From: a virus
Length of the DNA stretch: 39,269 nucleotides
Direction: 5' to 3' (one strand)
Virus genome (UHGV): UHGV-0135878
A program made the position numbers and the translations under genes. Each line of letters opens with the position of its first letter. Position 1 is the stretch's first letter. Shown here one piece after another: positions 28,225-38,604 of this stretch. The notes beneath the pieces are model-generated. The model was not told the DNA's origin, made no database searches, and worked only from the letters and a program-made list of their open reading frames with translations.

Positions 28225-28492
28225 AAAAGCCGGTATTTGTTACCTGATCATCCACGATCATTGAAACGTGAACATTATTAGGTGTGCTCTCGTAATCCGT
28301 TCTTATTCTTTCTGCGATACTGATAAAACGTGAAAGTTTAGGCAGTGCAATTGGGTAAACGACTTTAGCCAGTCCATTATCATTAGATCCACCGGTTCCA
28401 AATACTTCTATTGCACCATCTGACCAGCGTACCCATGCACCATTGGCATTAGCTCCTCGCTGAATGACATATCTGGCTTCTCCCAAACCAAC
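28148..28492 (-). CDS. Promoterless alternative tail-fibre C-terminal cassette (Hv'), expressed only after inversion
   Basis: Minus-strand frame continues from shared VGLGE codons at the right gix site into ~110 codons ending at the 28148 stop; the track Met start at 28531 is outside the segment. Confidence 0.6.
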   Translation of the reverse strand, partial: VGLGEARYVIQRGANANGAWVRWSDGAIEVFGTGGSNDNGLAKVVYPIALPKLSRFISIAERIRTDYESTPNNVHVSMIVDDQVTNTGFYARCQMYDGRPSSNAFSWRVYCAPV

Positions 28493-28503
28493 GTTTATGA
28501 AAA
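28478..28503. other. Invertase crossover site (gix/hix-like, right): TTCTCCCAAACC AA CGTTTATGAAAA
   Basis: Left half-site is the exact reverse complement of the right half of the 26792-26817 site; 55 nt upstream of the invertase ATG. Confidence 0.6.
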
Positions 28504-28558
28504 TGCAGAGATAATGGCTAACTGGCATCATCCCCGGTTTTTATTCAGGGGGATGCTC

Positions 28559-29125
28559 ATGCTTATTGGCTATGTACGCGTGTCAACAAATGACCAGAAC
28601 ACCGATTTGCAACGTAATGCACTGAACTGCGCGGGATGTGAGCGGATTTTTGAGGATAAAATCAGTGGCACTAAGTCCGACAGACCAGGGTTGAAAAAAC
28701 TGCTCAGGACACTATCGGCAGGAGACACGCTGGTTGTCTGGAAGCTGGACAGGTTGGGGCGCAGTATGCGGCATCTTGTTACGCTGATAGAAGAGTTGCG
28801 TCAGCGAGGCGTGAATTTCCGAAGCCTGACTGACAGTATTGATACCAGCACCCCAATGGGCCGTTTCTTTTTTCATGTCATGGGTGCCCTGGCTGAAATG
28901 GAACGCGAACTGATAGTTGAACGTACCAGGGCAGGGCTGGCTGCAGCTCGTGCCAAAGGCAGAGTAGGTGGACGCCGTCCTAAGTTGACCACCGAACAGT
29001 GGGCACAGATTGGGCGTTTACTCGAGGCCGGAGAATCAAGACAGCGTATTGCACTGATTTTTGATGTGGGCGTTTCTACCATTTATAGAAAATTTCCGGC
29101 GAATGAGAACAATGAATCGCCCTGA
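28559..29125 (+). CDS. Serine DNA invertase (Gin/Hin/Pin/Cin family)
   Basis: 189 aa from ATG at 28559; N-terminus MLIGYVRVSTNDQ with catalytic Ser, C-terminal HTH. Confidence 0.9.
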   Translation: MLIGYVRVSTNDQNTDLQRNALNCAGCERIFEDKISGTKSDRPGLKKLLRTLSAGDTLVVWKLDRLGRSMRHLVTLIEELRQRGVNFRSLTDSIDTSTPMGRFFFHVMGALAEMERELIVERTRAGLAAARAKGRVGGRRPKLTTEQWAQIGRLLEAGESRQRIALIFDVGVSTIYRKFPANENNESP

Positions 29126-29173
29126 GTCAGCATTATTTTGATTTTTCCTGTAAGCGGACAAATACCGTTATTT

Positions 29174-29191
29174 TGTGTGAATAACGACACA
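29174..29191. promoter_or_regulatory. TGT-N12-ACA motif, candidate Ogr-type late-activator site for the FI operon
   Basis: tgtgtgaataacgacaca about 85 nt upstream of FI ATG. Confidence 0.3.
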
Positions 29192-29267
29192 ACTGCGCTT
29201 AGCTGTTTGTCAGGCACAATCACTTCAACATAGGGCGAAGCCTAATCCAATCAGGAGGTTCGCCACT

Positions 29268-30440
29268 ATGGCTCAGGATTACCACCACGGAGTGCGCGTT
29301 GTTGAAGTCAACGAAGGCACCCGAACCATTACCACGGTGAGCACCGCCATCGTGGGTATGGTCTGCACGGGCGATGATGCCGATGCAAAAATGTTTCCTC
29401 TTAATAAACCCGTGCTGATCACTGATGTGCTGACTGCCAGCGGTAAAGCGGGTGAGTCCGGCACGCTGGCCCGTTCGCTGGATGCCATCGCTGACCAGGC
29501 AAAACCCGTGACCGTTGTTGTGCGTGTGCCGCAGGGGGAAACGGAAGAAGAAACCACGACCAATATCATCGGCGCAGTGACTGCTGAAGGTAAAAAAACA
29601 GGCATGAAAGCTCTGTTATCTGCACAGTCACAGCTCGGCGTTAAACCGCGCATTCTCGGCGTGCCAGGCCACGATAACAAAGCCGTTGCGACTGAGTTGC
29701 TGAGCGTGGCGCAAAGCCTGCGTGGGTTTGCTTACCTGTCAGCGTATGGCTGCAAGACAGTGCAGGAGGCGATCACTTACCGCGAAAACTTCAGCCAGCG
29801 CGAAGGGATGCTGATCTGGCCTGACTTTACTGGCTGGGACACGGTGCTGAATGCCGAAGCAACGGCATATGCCACCGCTCGTGCGCTCGGTCTGCGCGCC
29901 AAAATTGATGAGCAGACCGGGTGGCACAAAAGCCTGTCCAACGTGGGCGTGAACGGTGTCACCGGAATTTCTGCTGATGTGTTCTGGGATCTGCAGGACC
30001 CGGCAACCGATGCAGGTCTGCTTAACCAGAACGACGTTACCACGCTTATCCGCAAAGACGGTTTCCGCTTCTGGGGTTCCCGCTGTCTGAGCGATGATCC
30101 GCTCTTTGCCTTCGAAAACTACACCCGAACCGCGCAGGTACTGACGGACACGATGGCAGAAGCGCACATGTGGGCGGTAGACAAACCGCTGAATCCGTCG
30201 CTGGCTCGCGACATTATCGAAGGTATCCGCGCCAAAATGCGCAGCCTGGTCAGTCAGGGGTATCTCATTGGTGGTGATTGCTGGCTGGACGAGTCGGTGA
30301 ACGACAAAGACACTCTGAAAGCCGGGAAACTCACGATCGACTACGACTACACGCCAGTGCCGCCACTTGAAAATCTGATGCTGCGCCAGCGCATCACCGA
30401 TCAGTACCTGGTGAATTTCGCCAGCCAGGTCAGCGCGTAA
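29268..30440 (+). CDS. FI: Tail sheath protein (P2 gpFI family)
   Basis: 390 aa, RBS CAGGAGG, order FI-FII-E-T-U-D. Confidence 0.9.
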   Translation: MAQDYHHGVRVVEVNEGTRTITTVSTAIVGMVCTGDDADAKMFPLNKPVLITDVLTASGKAGESGTLARSLDAIADQAKPVTVVVRVPQGETEEETTTNIIGAVTAEGKKTGMKALLSAQSQLGVKPRILGVPGHDNKAVATELLSVAQSLRGFAYLSAYGCKTVQEAITYRENFSQREGMLIWPDFTGWDTVLNAEATAYATARALGLRAKIDEQTGWHKSLSNVGVNGVTGISADVFWDLQDPATDAGLLNQNDVTTLIRKDGFRFWGSRCLSDDPLFAFENYTRTAQVLTDTMAEAHMWAVDKPLNPSLARDIIEGIRAKMRSLVSQGYLIGGDCWLDESVNDKDTLKAGKLTIDYDYTPVPPLENLMLRQRITDQYLVNFASQVSA

Positions 30441-30449
30441 GGGGATAAC

Positions 30450-30965
30450 ATGGCTTTACCACGCAAATTAAAACATCTGAACCTGTTTAACGACGGGAAC
30501 AACTGGCAGGGGATCGTAGAGTCGCTGACGCTGCCGAAATTCACCCGCAAATATGAGAAGTATCGCGGCGGCGGAATGCCTGGTGCAGTTGATGTGGATC
30601 TGGGGCTTGATGACAGTGCGCTGGACACAGAATTTTCCATTGGTGGTACTGAACTGCTGCTGTTTAAGCAGATGGGCAAAGCCACGGTGGATGGCATCCA
30701 GTTGCGCTTTACCGGCTCTATCCAGCGTGACGATACCGGAGAAGTGCAGGCCGTGGAGCTTGTGGTGCGTGGACGTCACAAAGAAGTGGATTCCGGCGAG
30801 TGGAAGACGGGCGAAAGCAACACCACCAAAGTGACCAGTACCAACAGCTACGCGAAGCTGACCATCAATGGTGAGGTGCTCTATGAAGTGGACCTTATCA
30901 ACATGGTGGAAATTGTGGACGGTATGGACCTGATGGAAGCGCACCGCAACGCCCTCGGCCTCTGA
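30450..30965 (+). CDS. FII: Tail tube protein (P2 gpFII family)
   Basis: 171 aa immediately after sheath. Confidence 0.9.
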   Translation: MALPRKLKHLNLFNDGNNWQGIVESLTLPKFTRKYEKYRGGGMPGAVDVDLGLDDSALDTEFSIGGTELLLFKQMGKATVDGIQLRFTGSIQRDDTGEVQAVELVVRGRHKEVDSGEWKTGESNTTKVTSTNSYAKLTINGEVLYEVDLINMVEIVDGMDLMEAHRNALGL

Positions 30966-31019
30966 TATATCTGAACGGCGCGGGATACCGCGCCAGAACC
31001 CAATCTACAGGACAGCAAA

Positions 31020-31322
31020 ATGAGTGATAAGCAGACTGAAAAGACCATTCAACTGGATACCCCCATCAAGCGCGGTAAAACAGAAATCACCGAAATTGTG
31101 CTGCGTAAACCGCAGTCCGGTGCGCTGCGCGGTACACGCCTGCAGGCCATTATGGATATGGATGTGAACGCGATGATGACCGTGATCCCCCGCATCTCCA
31201 GTCCGGCACTGACTGCACAGGAAATTGCAGAGATGGACCCGGCAGATCTCACTGCCATGTCGGTTGAGGTTGTCACTTTTTTGTTGAAGAAGTCGGTGCT
31301 TGCCGGTTTACCGACAGCCTGA
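31020..31322 (+). CDS. E: Tail assembly chaperone E (P2 gpE family)
   Basis: 100 aa upstream of tape measure; contains slippery T6G near 3' end. Confidence 0.8.
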   Translation: MSDKQTEKTIQLDTPIKRGKTEITEIVLRKPQSGALRGTRLQAIMDMDVNAMMTVIPRISSPALTAQEIAEMDPADLTAMSVEVVTFLLKKSVLAGLPTA

Positions 31323-31456
31323 CGGTTGACGATCTGGTGGCAGATATCGCCACCATTTTTCACTGGCCGCCATCCGTTACTGACGTTATGCCGCTGACCG
31401 AAGTGCTGGAATGGCGGTATAAAGCGATTCAGAGAAGCGGGGCCAATGATGAGTGA
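31020..31456 (+). CDS. E+E' extended chaperone made by -1 programmed frameshift at TTTTTTG (31277-31283)
   Basis: The -1 frame is open from the slip site to TGA at 31454-31456, overlapping the T start; arrangement conserved in P2-like tail chaperones. Confidence 0.6.
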
Positions 31457-34400
31457 TAATAACCTGCGGCTGCAGGTCATTCTTAATGCGGTTGACAAAC
31501 TCACCCGCCCATTCCGTGCTGCACAGGCCAGTTCGAAAGAGCTGGCTGGCGCAATCAGAAACTCCCGTGACGCATTAAAGCAACTCAATCAGGCGGGTAA
31601 CAGCCTGGAAAAATTTCGCAAGCTGCAGGCCGATAACAAGAAGTTAGGCGACAGGCTGAACTATGCCAGACAGAAGGCTAATTTGCTTAGCTCTGAGCTG
31701 GAGTCGATCGAACAACCATCACAACGGCACCTTGTGGCTTTAGGTCGGCAAACGCTGGCAGTCCAACGTCTGGAAGAACAACAAAAATATTTGCAGAAGC
31801 AAACGGCGCTTGTGCGTGCAGAACTGTACCGGGCGGGAATTTCTGCGAAAGATGATGCGGGAGCAACTGCCCGTTTAGCCCGTGAAACATCACGTTATAA
31901 CCAGGAACTGTTGAAACAGGAGGCGCGGCTGAAGCGACTGGGGGAAGCTCAGCGCAGGATGAATGCAGCGCGTGCCAGTTATGCCCGTTCGCTGGAGGTG
32001 CGCGATCGCATCGCAGGAGCCGGAGCCACCACCACGGCTGCAGGGCTGGCAATGGGGACGCCAGTGATGGCGGCAGTAAAAAGCTATACCAGCATGGAAG
32101 ATGCCATGAAAGGTGTGGCAAAGCAGGTCAATGGTCTGCGTGACGATAATGGCAACCGCACTGCACGTTTTTATGAAATGCAGGATGCCATCAAGGCTGC
32201 CAGCGAACAGTTGCCGATGGAAAACGGTGCGGTGGACTTCGCTGCACAGGTTGAAGGTGGTGCGCGCATGAACGTCGCAAACCCTGACGACAGCTGGGAA
32301 GACCAGAAACGTGACCTGCTGGCCTTCGCCAGTACGGCAGCAAAGGCGGCAACAGCCTTTGAGCTGCCAGCGGATGAACTGTCAGAAAGTCTGGGGAAAA
32401 TCGCCCAGCTCTACAAAATACCTACCCGCAATATTGAACAGCTCGGCGATGCGCTGAACTATCTGGATGATAACGCCATGTCGAAAGGGGCGGACATCAT
32501 TGATGTCATGCAACGTCTGGGCGGTGTGGCTGACCGTCTGGATTATCGTAAAGCGGCGGCACTGGGTTCCACCTTTCTGACACTGGGCGCTGCGCCGGAG
32601 GTTGCAGCCAGTGCAGCAAACGCGATGGTGCGTGAATTGTCCATTGCCACCATGCAAAGCAAGAGTTTCTTTGAAGGGATGAATCTGCTGAAACTCAATC
32701 CTGAAGTGATTGAAAAGCAGATGACGAAGGATGCGATGGGAACTATCCAGCGTGTGCTGGAGAAGGTGAACGCACTGCCGCAGGACAAGCGTCTGTCTGC
32801 CATGACCATGTTGTTTGGTAAAGAGTTTGGTGATGACGCGGCGAAACTGGCAAACAACCTTCCGGAACTGCAGCGCCAGCTAAAACTGACAGCGGGCAAT
32901 GATGCGCTCGGTTCCATGCAGAAAGAATCCGACATCAACAAAGACTCACTTTCTGCTCAGTGGTTGCTGGTCAAAACCGGAGCGCAGAACACCTTCAGCA
33001 GCCTGGGCGAAACGCTGCGCCAGCCGCTGATGGATATTCTGTACACGGTGAAAAGCATCACGGGGGCGTTGCGCCGCTGGGTGGAAGCTAACCCGGAACT
33101 GACAGGCACACTGATGAAAGTAGCGGCTGTTGTGGCTGCTGTTACCGTAGGCCTCGGCACCTTAGCGGTGGCGCTGGCTGCAGTGCTGGGGCCGCTGGCA
33201 GTCATCCGTCTGGGATTCTCTGTGCTGGGTATCAAAACGTTACCTTCCGTTACGGCAGCAGTAACACGAACCAGCAGCGCGTTGTCCTGGTTAGCTGGCG
33301 CTCCACTGGCACTGCTGCGACGCGGGCTTGCTTCATCGGGCAACGCAGCGGGTTTACTTACTGCTCCGTTGTCGTCTTTGCGTCGCACGGCATCACTGAC
33401 GGGGAATGTCCTGAAAACTGTAGCAGGTGCGCCGGTTGCACTGTTCCGGTCTGGATTATCCGGTTTACGTGCTGTTGCTGTGATGTTTATGAATCCTTTG
33501 GCGGTACTGCGCGGTGGACTGGCCGCCGCAGGCACGGTGCTGCGAGTACTGGCATCTGGTCCACTGGCGATGCTGCGCGTTGCCCTGTATGCCGTATCTG
33601 GTCTGTCAGGTGCTCTGCTCAGTCCGATAGGTCTTGTGGTTACTGCACTGGCGGGCGTGGCGCTGGTTGTCTGGAAATACTGGCAACCCATCACCGCATT
33701 TCTCGGTGGCGTGGTGGAAGGATTCAAAGCGGCGGCAGGACCCATCAGTGCCGCATTCGAACCACTTAAGCCTGTGTTCCAGTGGATTGGCGACAAAGTG
33801 CAGGCGCTGTGGGGCTGGTTTACTGATTTGCTGACGCCCGTTAAGTCGACTTCTGCCGAACTGCAGAGCGCAGCGGCAATGGGGCGACGATTCGGGGAGG
33901 CACTGGCGGAAGGGCTGAATATGGTCATGCATCCGCTGGACTCCCTGAAATCCGGCGTATCCTGGTTGCTGGAAAAACTCGGCATTGTCAGTAAAGAGGC
34001 CGCAAAGGCGAAACTGCCGGAAAGCGTGACGCGTCAGCAACCTGCGACGGTGAATGCAGACGGTAAAGTGATGATGCCATCGGGTGGTTTTCCGTCATGG
34101 GGATATGGCTTTGCGGGGATGTATGACAGCGGCGGCTATATCCCGCGCGGGCAGTTTGGCATCGTCGGTGAAAACGGGCCGGAAATTGTTAACGGCCCGG
34201 CAAATGTGACCAGCCGGAGAAATACAGCTTTACTGGCTGCCGTTGTTGCCGGAATGATGGGCGTTGCTGCCGCGCCTGCAGAGCTTCCACCGTTGCATCC
34301 TTTGGCACTTCCCTCGAAAGGCGGCGAAGCGATGGTGAGTCGTGCAGCCACTGTGCCGCCCGTTCAACGGATTGAGGCACCGACGCAGATCATCATTCAG

Positions 34401-34526
34401 ACGCAGCCAGGACAAAGTGCGCAGGATATTGCGCGGGAGGTGGCCCGCCAGCTTGATGAACGTGAACGCAGGCTGAAGGCAAAAGCCAGGAGTAACTACA
34501 GCGATCAGGGGGGATACGACGCATGA
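31446..34526 (+). CDS. T: Tail tape measure protein (P2 gpT family)
   Basis: 1026 aa, Ala/Gly-rich central region, position after E/E'. Confidence 0.9.
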   Translation: MMSDNNLRLQVILNAVDKLTRPFRAAQASSKELAGAIRNSRDALKQLNQAGNSLEKFRKLQADNKKLGDRLNYARQKANLLSSELESIEQPSQRHLVALGRQTLAVQRLEEQQKYLQKQTALVRAELYRAGISAKDDAGATARLARETSRYNQELLKQEARLKRLGEAQRRMNAARASYARSLEVRDRIAGAGATTTAAGLAMGTPVMAAVKSYTSMEDAMKGVAKQVNGLRDDNGNRTARFYEMQDAIKAASEQLPMENGAVDFAAQVEGGARMNVANPDDSWEDQKRDLLAFASTAAKAATAFELPADELSESLGKIAQLYKIPTRNIEQLGDALNYLDDNAMSKGADIIDVMQRLGGVADRLDYRKAAALGSTFLTLGAAPEVAASAANAMVRELSIATMQSKSFFEGMNLLKLNPEVIEKQMTKDAMGTIQRVLEKVNALPQDKRLSAMTMLFGKEFGDDAAKLANNLPELQRQLKLTAGNDALGSMQKESDINKDSLSAQWLLVKTGAQNTFSSLGETLRQPLMDILYTVKSITGALRRWVEANPELTGTLMKVAAVVAAVTVGLGTLAVALAAVLGPLAVIRLGFSVLGIKTLPSVTAAVTRTSSALSWLAGAPLALLRRGLASSGNAAGLLTAPLSSLRRTASLTGNVLKTVAGAPVALFRSGLSGLRAVAVMFMNPLAVLRGGLAAAGTVLRVLASGPLAMLRVALYAVSGLSGALLSPIGLVVTALAGVALVVWKYWQPITAFLGGVVEGFKAAAGPISAAFEPLKPVFQWIGDKVQALWGWFTDLLTPVKSTSAELQSAAAMGRRFGEALAEGLNMVMHPLDSLKSGVSWLLEKLGIVSKEAAKAKLPESVTRQQPATVNADGKVMMPSGGFPSWGYGFAGMYDSGGYIPRGQFGIVGENGPEIVNGPANVTSRRNTALLAAVVAGMMGVAAAPAELPPLHPLALPSKGGEAMVSRAATVPPVQRIEAPTQIIIQTQPGQSAQDIAREVARQLDERERRLKAKARSNYSDQGGYDA

Positions 34527-35008
34527 TGATGGTGCTGGGATTGTACGTGTTTATGCTGCGCACTGTGCCGTATCAGGAACTGCAGTATCAACGCAGCTGG
34601 CGACATGCGGCAAACAGCCGGGTCAACCGACGTCCGTCCATGCAGTTTCTGGGACCGGACAACGACATGCTGACGCTTTCTGGTGTTCTTATGCCGGAGA
34701 TAACGGGCGGCAGGCTGTCGTTGCTGGCTCTGGAGCAGATGGCAGAACAGGGAAAAGCATGGCCCCTGATTGAAGGCAGCGGCACGATTTACGGCATGTA
34801 TGTGATTGAGGGACTGAATCAGACTAAAACGGAGTTTTTCCGCGATGGTATGCCGCGCCGGATTGAGTTCACCCTGTCGCTCAAACGGGTGGATGAATCC
34901 CTGTCCGATATGTTCGGTGATCTCAGTGCGCAGCTGAATAATTTGCAGGATACGGCAACGTCTGCCTTAAGCGATATCAGTAAAACGGTGGGAGGGCTGC
35001 TGTCGTGA
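34523..35008 (+). CDS. U: Tail protein (P2 gpU family)
   Basis: 161 aa, ATGA overlap with T. Confidence 0.85.
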   Translation: MMMVLGLYVFMLRTVPYQELQYQRSWRHAANSRVNRRPSMQFLGPDNDMLTLSGVLMPEITGGRLSLLALEQMAEQGKAWPLIEGSGTIYGMYVIEGLNQTKTEFFRDGMPRRIEFTLSLKRVDESLSDMFGDLSAQLNNLQDTATSALSDISKTVGGLLS

Positions 35009-36105
35009 ATTTCAGCTCTGAACTGCTTAACAAAGGCAACAAAACTCCCGCATTCAGCATCAGTATTGAGGGAAAGGATATCACCACTGTGCTGGATAAC
35101 CGCCTGATGAGTCTGACGCTGACGGACAATCGGGGCTTTGAAGCAGACCAGCTTGATCTGGAACTGGACGACGCCGACGGAAAAATCGTGCTGCCGCGCC
35201 GTGGTGCGGTCATCATGCTGGCGCTGGGCTGGAAGGGGCAGCCGCTTTTCCCGAAAGGGGCATTCACGGTGGACGAGATTGAACACACTGGCGCACCGGA
35301 TCGCCTGACTATCCGGGCGCGAAGTGCTGATTTTAGGGAAACGCTGAATACCCGCCGTGAAAAATCGTGGCACAAGACCACTGTCGGGGAAGTGGTGAAG
35401 GAAATAGCCGCGCGTCACAAGTTGAAGATGGCACTGGGTAAAGACCTGTCGGATAAGCCCGTGGAGCATATAGACCAGACTAATGAGAGTGACGGCAGTT
35501 TTCTGATGCGGCTGGCGCGCCAGTACGGTGCCATCGCGTCGCTGAAAAATGGCAATCTGTTATTCATCCGGCAGGGACAGGGCAAAAGCGCCACTGGTAA
35601 ACCACTGCCGGTGATCACTATCACACGCAAGGACGGCGACAGTCACCGCTTTACCCTGGCAGATCGCGGAGCCTACACGGGCGTAATTGCCAGCTGGTTG
35701 CATACCCGCGAACCCGCGAAGAAAGAAAGCACCACGGTGAAGCGTAAGCGCAGAACTAAGAATCAGAAGAAAGAGCCGGAAGCGAAGCAGGGCGATTACC
35801 TGGTGGGTACGGATGAAAACGTGCTGGTACTTAATCGCACTTATGCCAACCGGAGCAACGCTGAACGGGCAGCGAAAATGCAGTGGGAACGCTTGCAACG
35901 TGGCGTTGCGTCATTCTCGCTACAACTGGCGGAAGGGCGGGCAGATCTCTACACGGAAATGCCAGTGAAAGTCAGTGGCTTTAAACAGCCGATAGATGAT
36001 GCGGAATGGACCATTACGACTCTGACGCATACCGTAAGCCCGGATAATGGTTTTACGACCAGTCTGGAGCTTGAAGTGAGGATTGATGATTTCGAAATGG
36101 AATGA
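35005..36105 (+). CDS. D: Tail protein (P2 gpD family)
   Basis: 366 aa, GTG start overlapping U stop. Confidence 0.85.
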   Translation: MNFSSELLNKGNKTPAFSISIEGKDITTVLDNRLMSLTLTDNRGFEADQLDLELDDADGKIVLPRRGAVIMLALGWKGQPLFPKGAFTVDEIEHTGAPDRLTIRARSADFRETLNTRREKSWHKTTVGEVVKEIAARHKLKMALGKDLSDKPVEHIDQTNESDGSFLMRLARQYGAIASLKNGNLLFIRQGQGKSATGKPLPVITITRKDGDSHRFTLADRGAYTGVIASWLHTREPAKKESTTVKRKRRTKNQKKEPEAKQGDYLVGTDENVLVLNRTYANRSNAERAAKMQWERLQRGVASFSLQLAEGRADLYTEMPVKVSGFKQPIDDAEWTITTLTHTVSPDNGFTTSLELEVRIDDFEME

Positions 36106-36195
36106 TTCTTCGCAATGGAGAACTTTTAAGTTTGCAAAATGGAATAATGCGGTATCATTATTGTGAATTTAGCAAAAATGGGGAGAACTCGAAAA

Positions 36196-36414
36196 ATGAT
36201 GATTTGCCCACTGTGTGGAAGTGCCGCCCATACTCGCAGCAGTTTTCAGGTATCTTCATTGACCAAAGAGCGTTACAACCAGTGCCAGAACATTAACTGC
36301 AGCCATACTTTTGTTACCCATGAAACTTTTGTTCGTTCGATTGCAACGCCAAAAGAGTCAAATCCGGTTCAGCCGCATCCAATGAAATCAGGACAGGTAG
36401 CGCTCTCTCTTTGA
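36196..36414 (+). CDS. ogr: Late gene activator Ogr (zinc-finger)
   Basis: 72 aa from ATG at 36196; CPLC...CQNINC matches Ogr/Delta zinc-finger; last prophage gene before attR. Confidence 0.85.
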   Translation: MMICPLCGSAAHTRSSFQVSSLTKERYNQCQNINCSHTFVTHETFVRSIATPKESNPVQPHPMKSGQVALSL

Positions 36415-36437
36415 CGCTGCCGCCATTTTGTCGCCAT
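36415..36437. repeat. Candidate attR core (cgctgccgccaTtttgtcgccat)
   Basis: Direct repeat of 660-682 with one mismatch; begins 1 nt after the ogr stop. Confidence 0.45.
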
Positions 36438-36500
36438 CGTTAAAAAACAGTGCTTCTAACATCATGATCTTAAACACCATAAATTTCAGGCAACAAAAAA

Positions 36501-36537
36501 CCCATCAACCTTGAACCGAAATGGCGGGGTTGATGGG
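36501..36537 (-). terminator. Rho-independent terminator downstream of ybjL (minus strand)
   Basis: Perfect 10-bp stem cccatcaacc/ggttgatggg with 17-nt loop; on the minus strand it is followed by TTTTTT. Confidence 0.5.
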
Positions 36538-36649
36538 CTCCACAAAATGGGGACATCAAAGAAAAGCAGTGGCACTAATTAAGACTGATGCCCTGCGGAA
36601 AAGTTCTGCGGTTGTGCAAAAAAATTTCATTTTCAGGGCAACTTCAGTT

Positions 36650-38335
36650 TTATCCTAATCCTGGCCATACCATGACGATGATTGTCCCTGCCAGCGTCAG
36701 CAGGACGTTGGCGATTGCGTAGGTGCCCGCATAGCCCAGCGCAGGGATGTTACTGCGAGCTGTATCACTGATGATCTCCATTGCCGGCGCGCAGGTGCGT
36801 GCGCCCATCATTGCGCCGAACAACAGTGCGCGGTTCATTCGCAATACATAAGCACCGAACAAGAAACAGATAACCACGGGCACAAGACTGACAATTAATC
36901 CGGCAATCAACATCTGACCGCCAATCGCGCCCAGGCCGTTATTAATACCGCTACCGGCGCTCAGACCAACGCCTGCCATAAACACCATCAAGCCGAACTC
37001 TTTCACCATGCTTAATGCACCTTGCGGAATGTAACCGAAGGTCGGGTGGTTAGCACGCATAAAGCCCAGCATAATTCCGGCGAATAACAACCCGGCAGCG
37101 TTCCCCATGCCGAAACTGAATGTGCTGAACTGGAAGGTGATCATCCCGATCATCAGCCCAATAACAAAGAAGGCGCAAAATGCCAGCAGGTCAGTGACCT
37201 GGCTGTGAATCGAGATAAAGCCGATGCGATCGGCGATGGTTTTTACGCGACGGGCATCACCGCTGACTTGTAAAACGTCACCTTTGTTAAGCACGACGTT
37301 GTCATCTATCGGCATCTCAATCTGGCTACGAATGACGCGGTTAAGGAAGCAACCGTGATCGGTCAACTTCAGTTGTGCGAGACGTTTACCTACAGCGTTA
37401 TGGTTTTTAACGACCACTTCTTCAGTGACGATACGCATGTCGAGAAGGTCACGATCGAAAACTTCTTTACCGTTACGGAAGCTGGGATCGAGTCGGGCAT
37501 GGGCGTCGGGATAGCCTACCAACGCTATTTCATCGCCCATTTGTAGCACGGCATCACCGTCTGGATTTGCCAGAATCCCGTTACGTCGAATACGTTCAAT
37601 GTAGCAGCCGGTTTGTCGATAAATACCCAGTTCACGCAGATTTTTGCCGTCGGTCCAGGCCACCAGCTCCGGGCCGACGCGATAGGCGCGGATCACCGGT
37701 AAATAAACCTTACGGTTGGCATCAGTGTCCAGGCCACGTTCGCGGGCGATTTGCTGGGCGCTGGTCTGTAAGTCCTGATGCTGCAATTTCGGCAAGTAAC
37801 GCGCACCAACAATCAAACTCACCAGACCGATTAAATAGGTTAAGGCATACCCGAGGCTCAGATTATCCAGTGCCAGTGAGAGCTGCCTGCTTTCCATGCC
37901 GAAATGACGCAGTGTATCGCCAGCACCGACCAGAACCGGTGTCGACGTCATAGAGCCTGCTAACATACCGGCCGTCAGGCCAATATCCCAGCCAAACAGC
38001 TTACCTAACCCTAAGGCGATCACCAGCGCACTGCCAACCATCACCAGTGCTAACATTAGGTAATTTTTCCCATCGCGAAAAAAAATGGAAAAAAAGTTCG
38101 GTCCGGCTTCGACCCCGACGCAGAAAATAAACAGCATAAAGCCAAGATTAAGCGCATCGGTGTTAATGCTGAAATGTTGTTGGCCTAATAACAGCGATAC
38201 GACTAAAACGCCAATGGAATTACCCAGTTGGATCGAACCAAGTCGTAACTTTCCGAGACATAGCCCAAGCGCGAGGACCACAAATAATAACAGAATGTAA
38301 TTCCCATTTAACAATTCGGCGACGTTTATATTCAC
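36650..38335 (-). CDS. ybjL: Putative AAE-family transporter YbjL
   Basis: 561-aa polytopic membrane protein with central soluble domains; recognised as E. coli YbjL. Confidence 0.9.
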   Translation of the reverse strand: MNINVAELLNGNYILLLFVVLALGLCLGKLRLGSIQLGNSIGVLVVSLLLGQQHFSINTDALNLGFMLFIFCVGVEAGPNFFSIFFRDGKNYLMLALVMVGSALVIALGLGKLFGWDIGLTAGMLAGSMTSTPVLVGAGDTLRHFGMESRQLSLALDNLSLGYALTYLIGLVSLIVGARYLPKLQHQDLQTSAQQIARERGLDTDANRKVYLPVIRAYRVGPELVAWTDGKNLRELGIYRQTGCYIERIRRNGILANPDGDAVLQMGDEIALVGYPDAHARLDPSFRNGKEVFDRDLLDMRIVTEEVVVKNHNAVGKRLAQLKLTDHGCFLNRVIRSQIEMPIDDNVVLNKGDVLQVSGDARRVKTIADRIGFISIHSQVTDLLAFCAFFVIGLMIGMITFQFSTFSFGMGNAAGLLFAGIMLGFMRANHPTFGYIPQGALSMVKEFGLMVFMAGVGLSAGSGINNGLGAIGGQMLIAGLIVSLVPVVICFLFGAYVLRMNRALLFGAMMGARTCAPAMEIISDTARSNIPALGYAGTYAIANVLLTLAGTIIVMVWPGLG

Positions 38336-38604
38336 GGAGGCTAACTTCTTGTTTACTAGTAAGCTGTTGAAAGAAATGGTAATTTACGATAATGTTTTTT
38401 ACCAGAATTCAGGGCGCAGATTCATTCAGCGCACCTAAACGATAGTAAAGTAACAATATATTTTACTAGTGTAATCACATTAGGTATCAACGGCTATATG
38501 AATTGCGTTGGCCTATATTAGCATGGAATGCGAAGCGGCTTTATCTTACTGAACGCCACACTGGCGAAAAATGTGTTCGATAGACGCAGTGTCAGGAGGA
38601 ACGA

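Larger units (their letters stand above)
26804..28491. other. Invertible tail-fibre segment (~1.7 kb) carrying alternative H C-termini and chaperone genes
   Basis: Bounded by inverted gix-like sites with central dinucleotides TT/AA; adjacent Gin/Hin-family invertase; promoterless reverse cassette shares the GLGE junction codons. Confidence 0.6.
660..36437. mobile_element. Integrated P2/186-like prophage, int to ogr, bounded by candidate attL/attR
   Basis: Contiguous P2-order gene set (int, immunity, A, Q P O N M L X lysis R S V W J I H G FI FII E T U D ogr) inserted between the normally adjacent host genes rcdA and ybjL; flanked by a 23-bp direct repeat. Confidence 0.85.

Noticed and set aside
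28148-28531. Independent 127-aa gene starting at the Met codons at 28531
   Set aside because: The Met codons lie outside the invertible segment and the frame runs straight through the crossover site sharing GLGE codons with H, so this is a promoterless alternative C-terminal cassette, not a free-standing gene.
32957-33985. 342-aa minus-strand ORF inside the tape measure gene, and similar long antisense ORFs at 14451-15530, 7577-8146, 8240-8980 and 34819-35469
   Set aside because: All lie entirely within well-supported, GC-rich phage genes on the opposite strand, lack RBS and have low-complexity Ala/Arg/Ser/Pro-rich translations typical of shadow ORFs.
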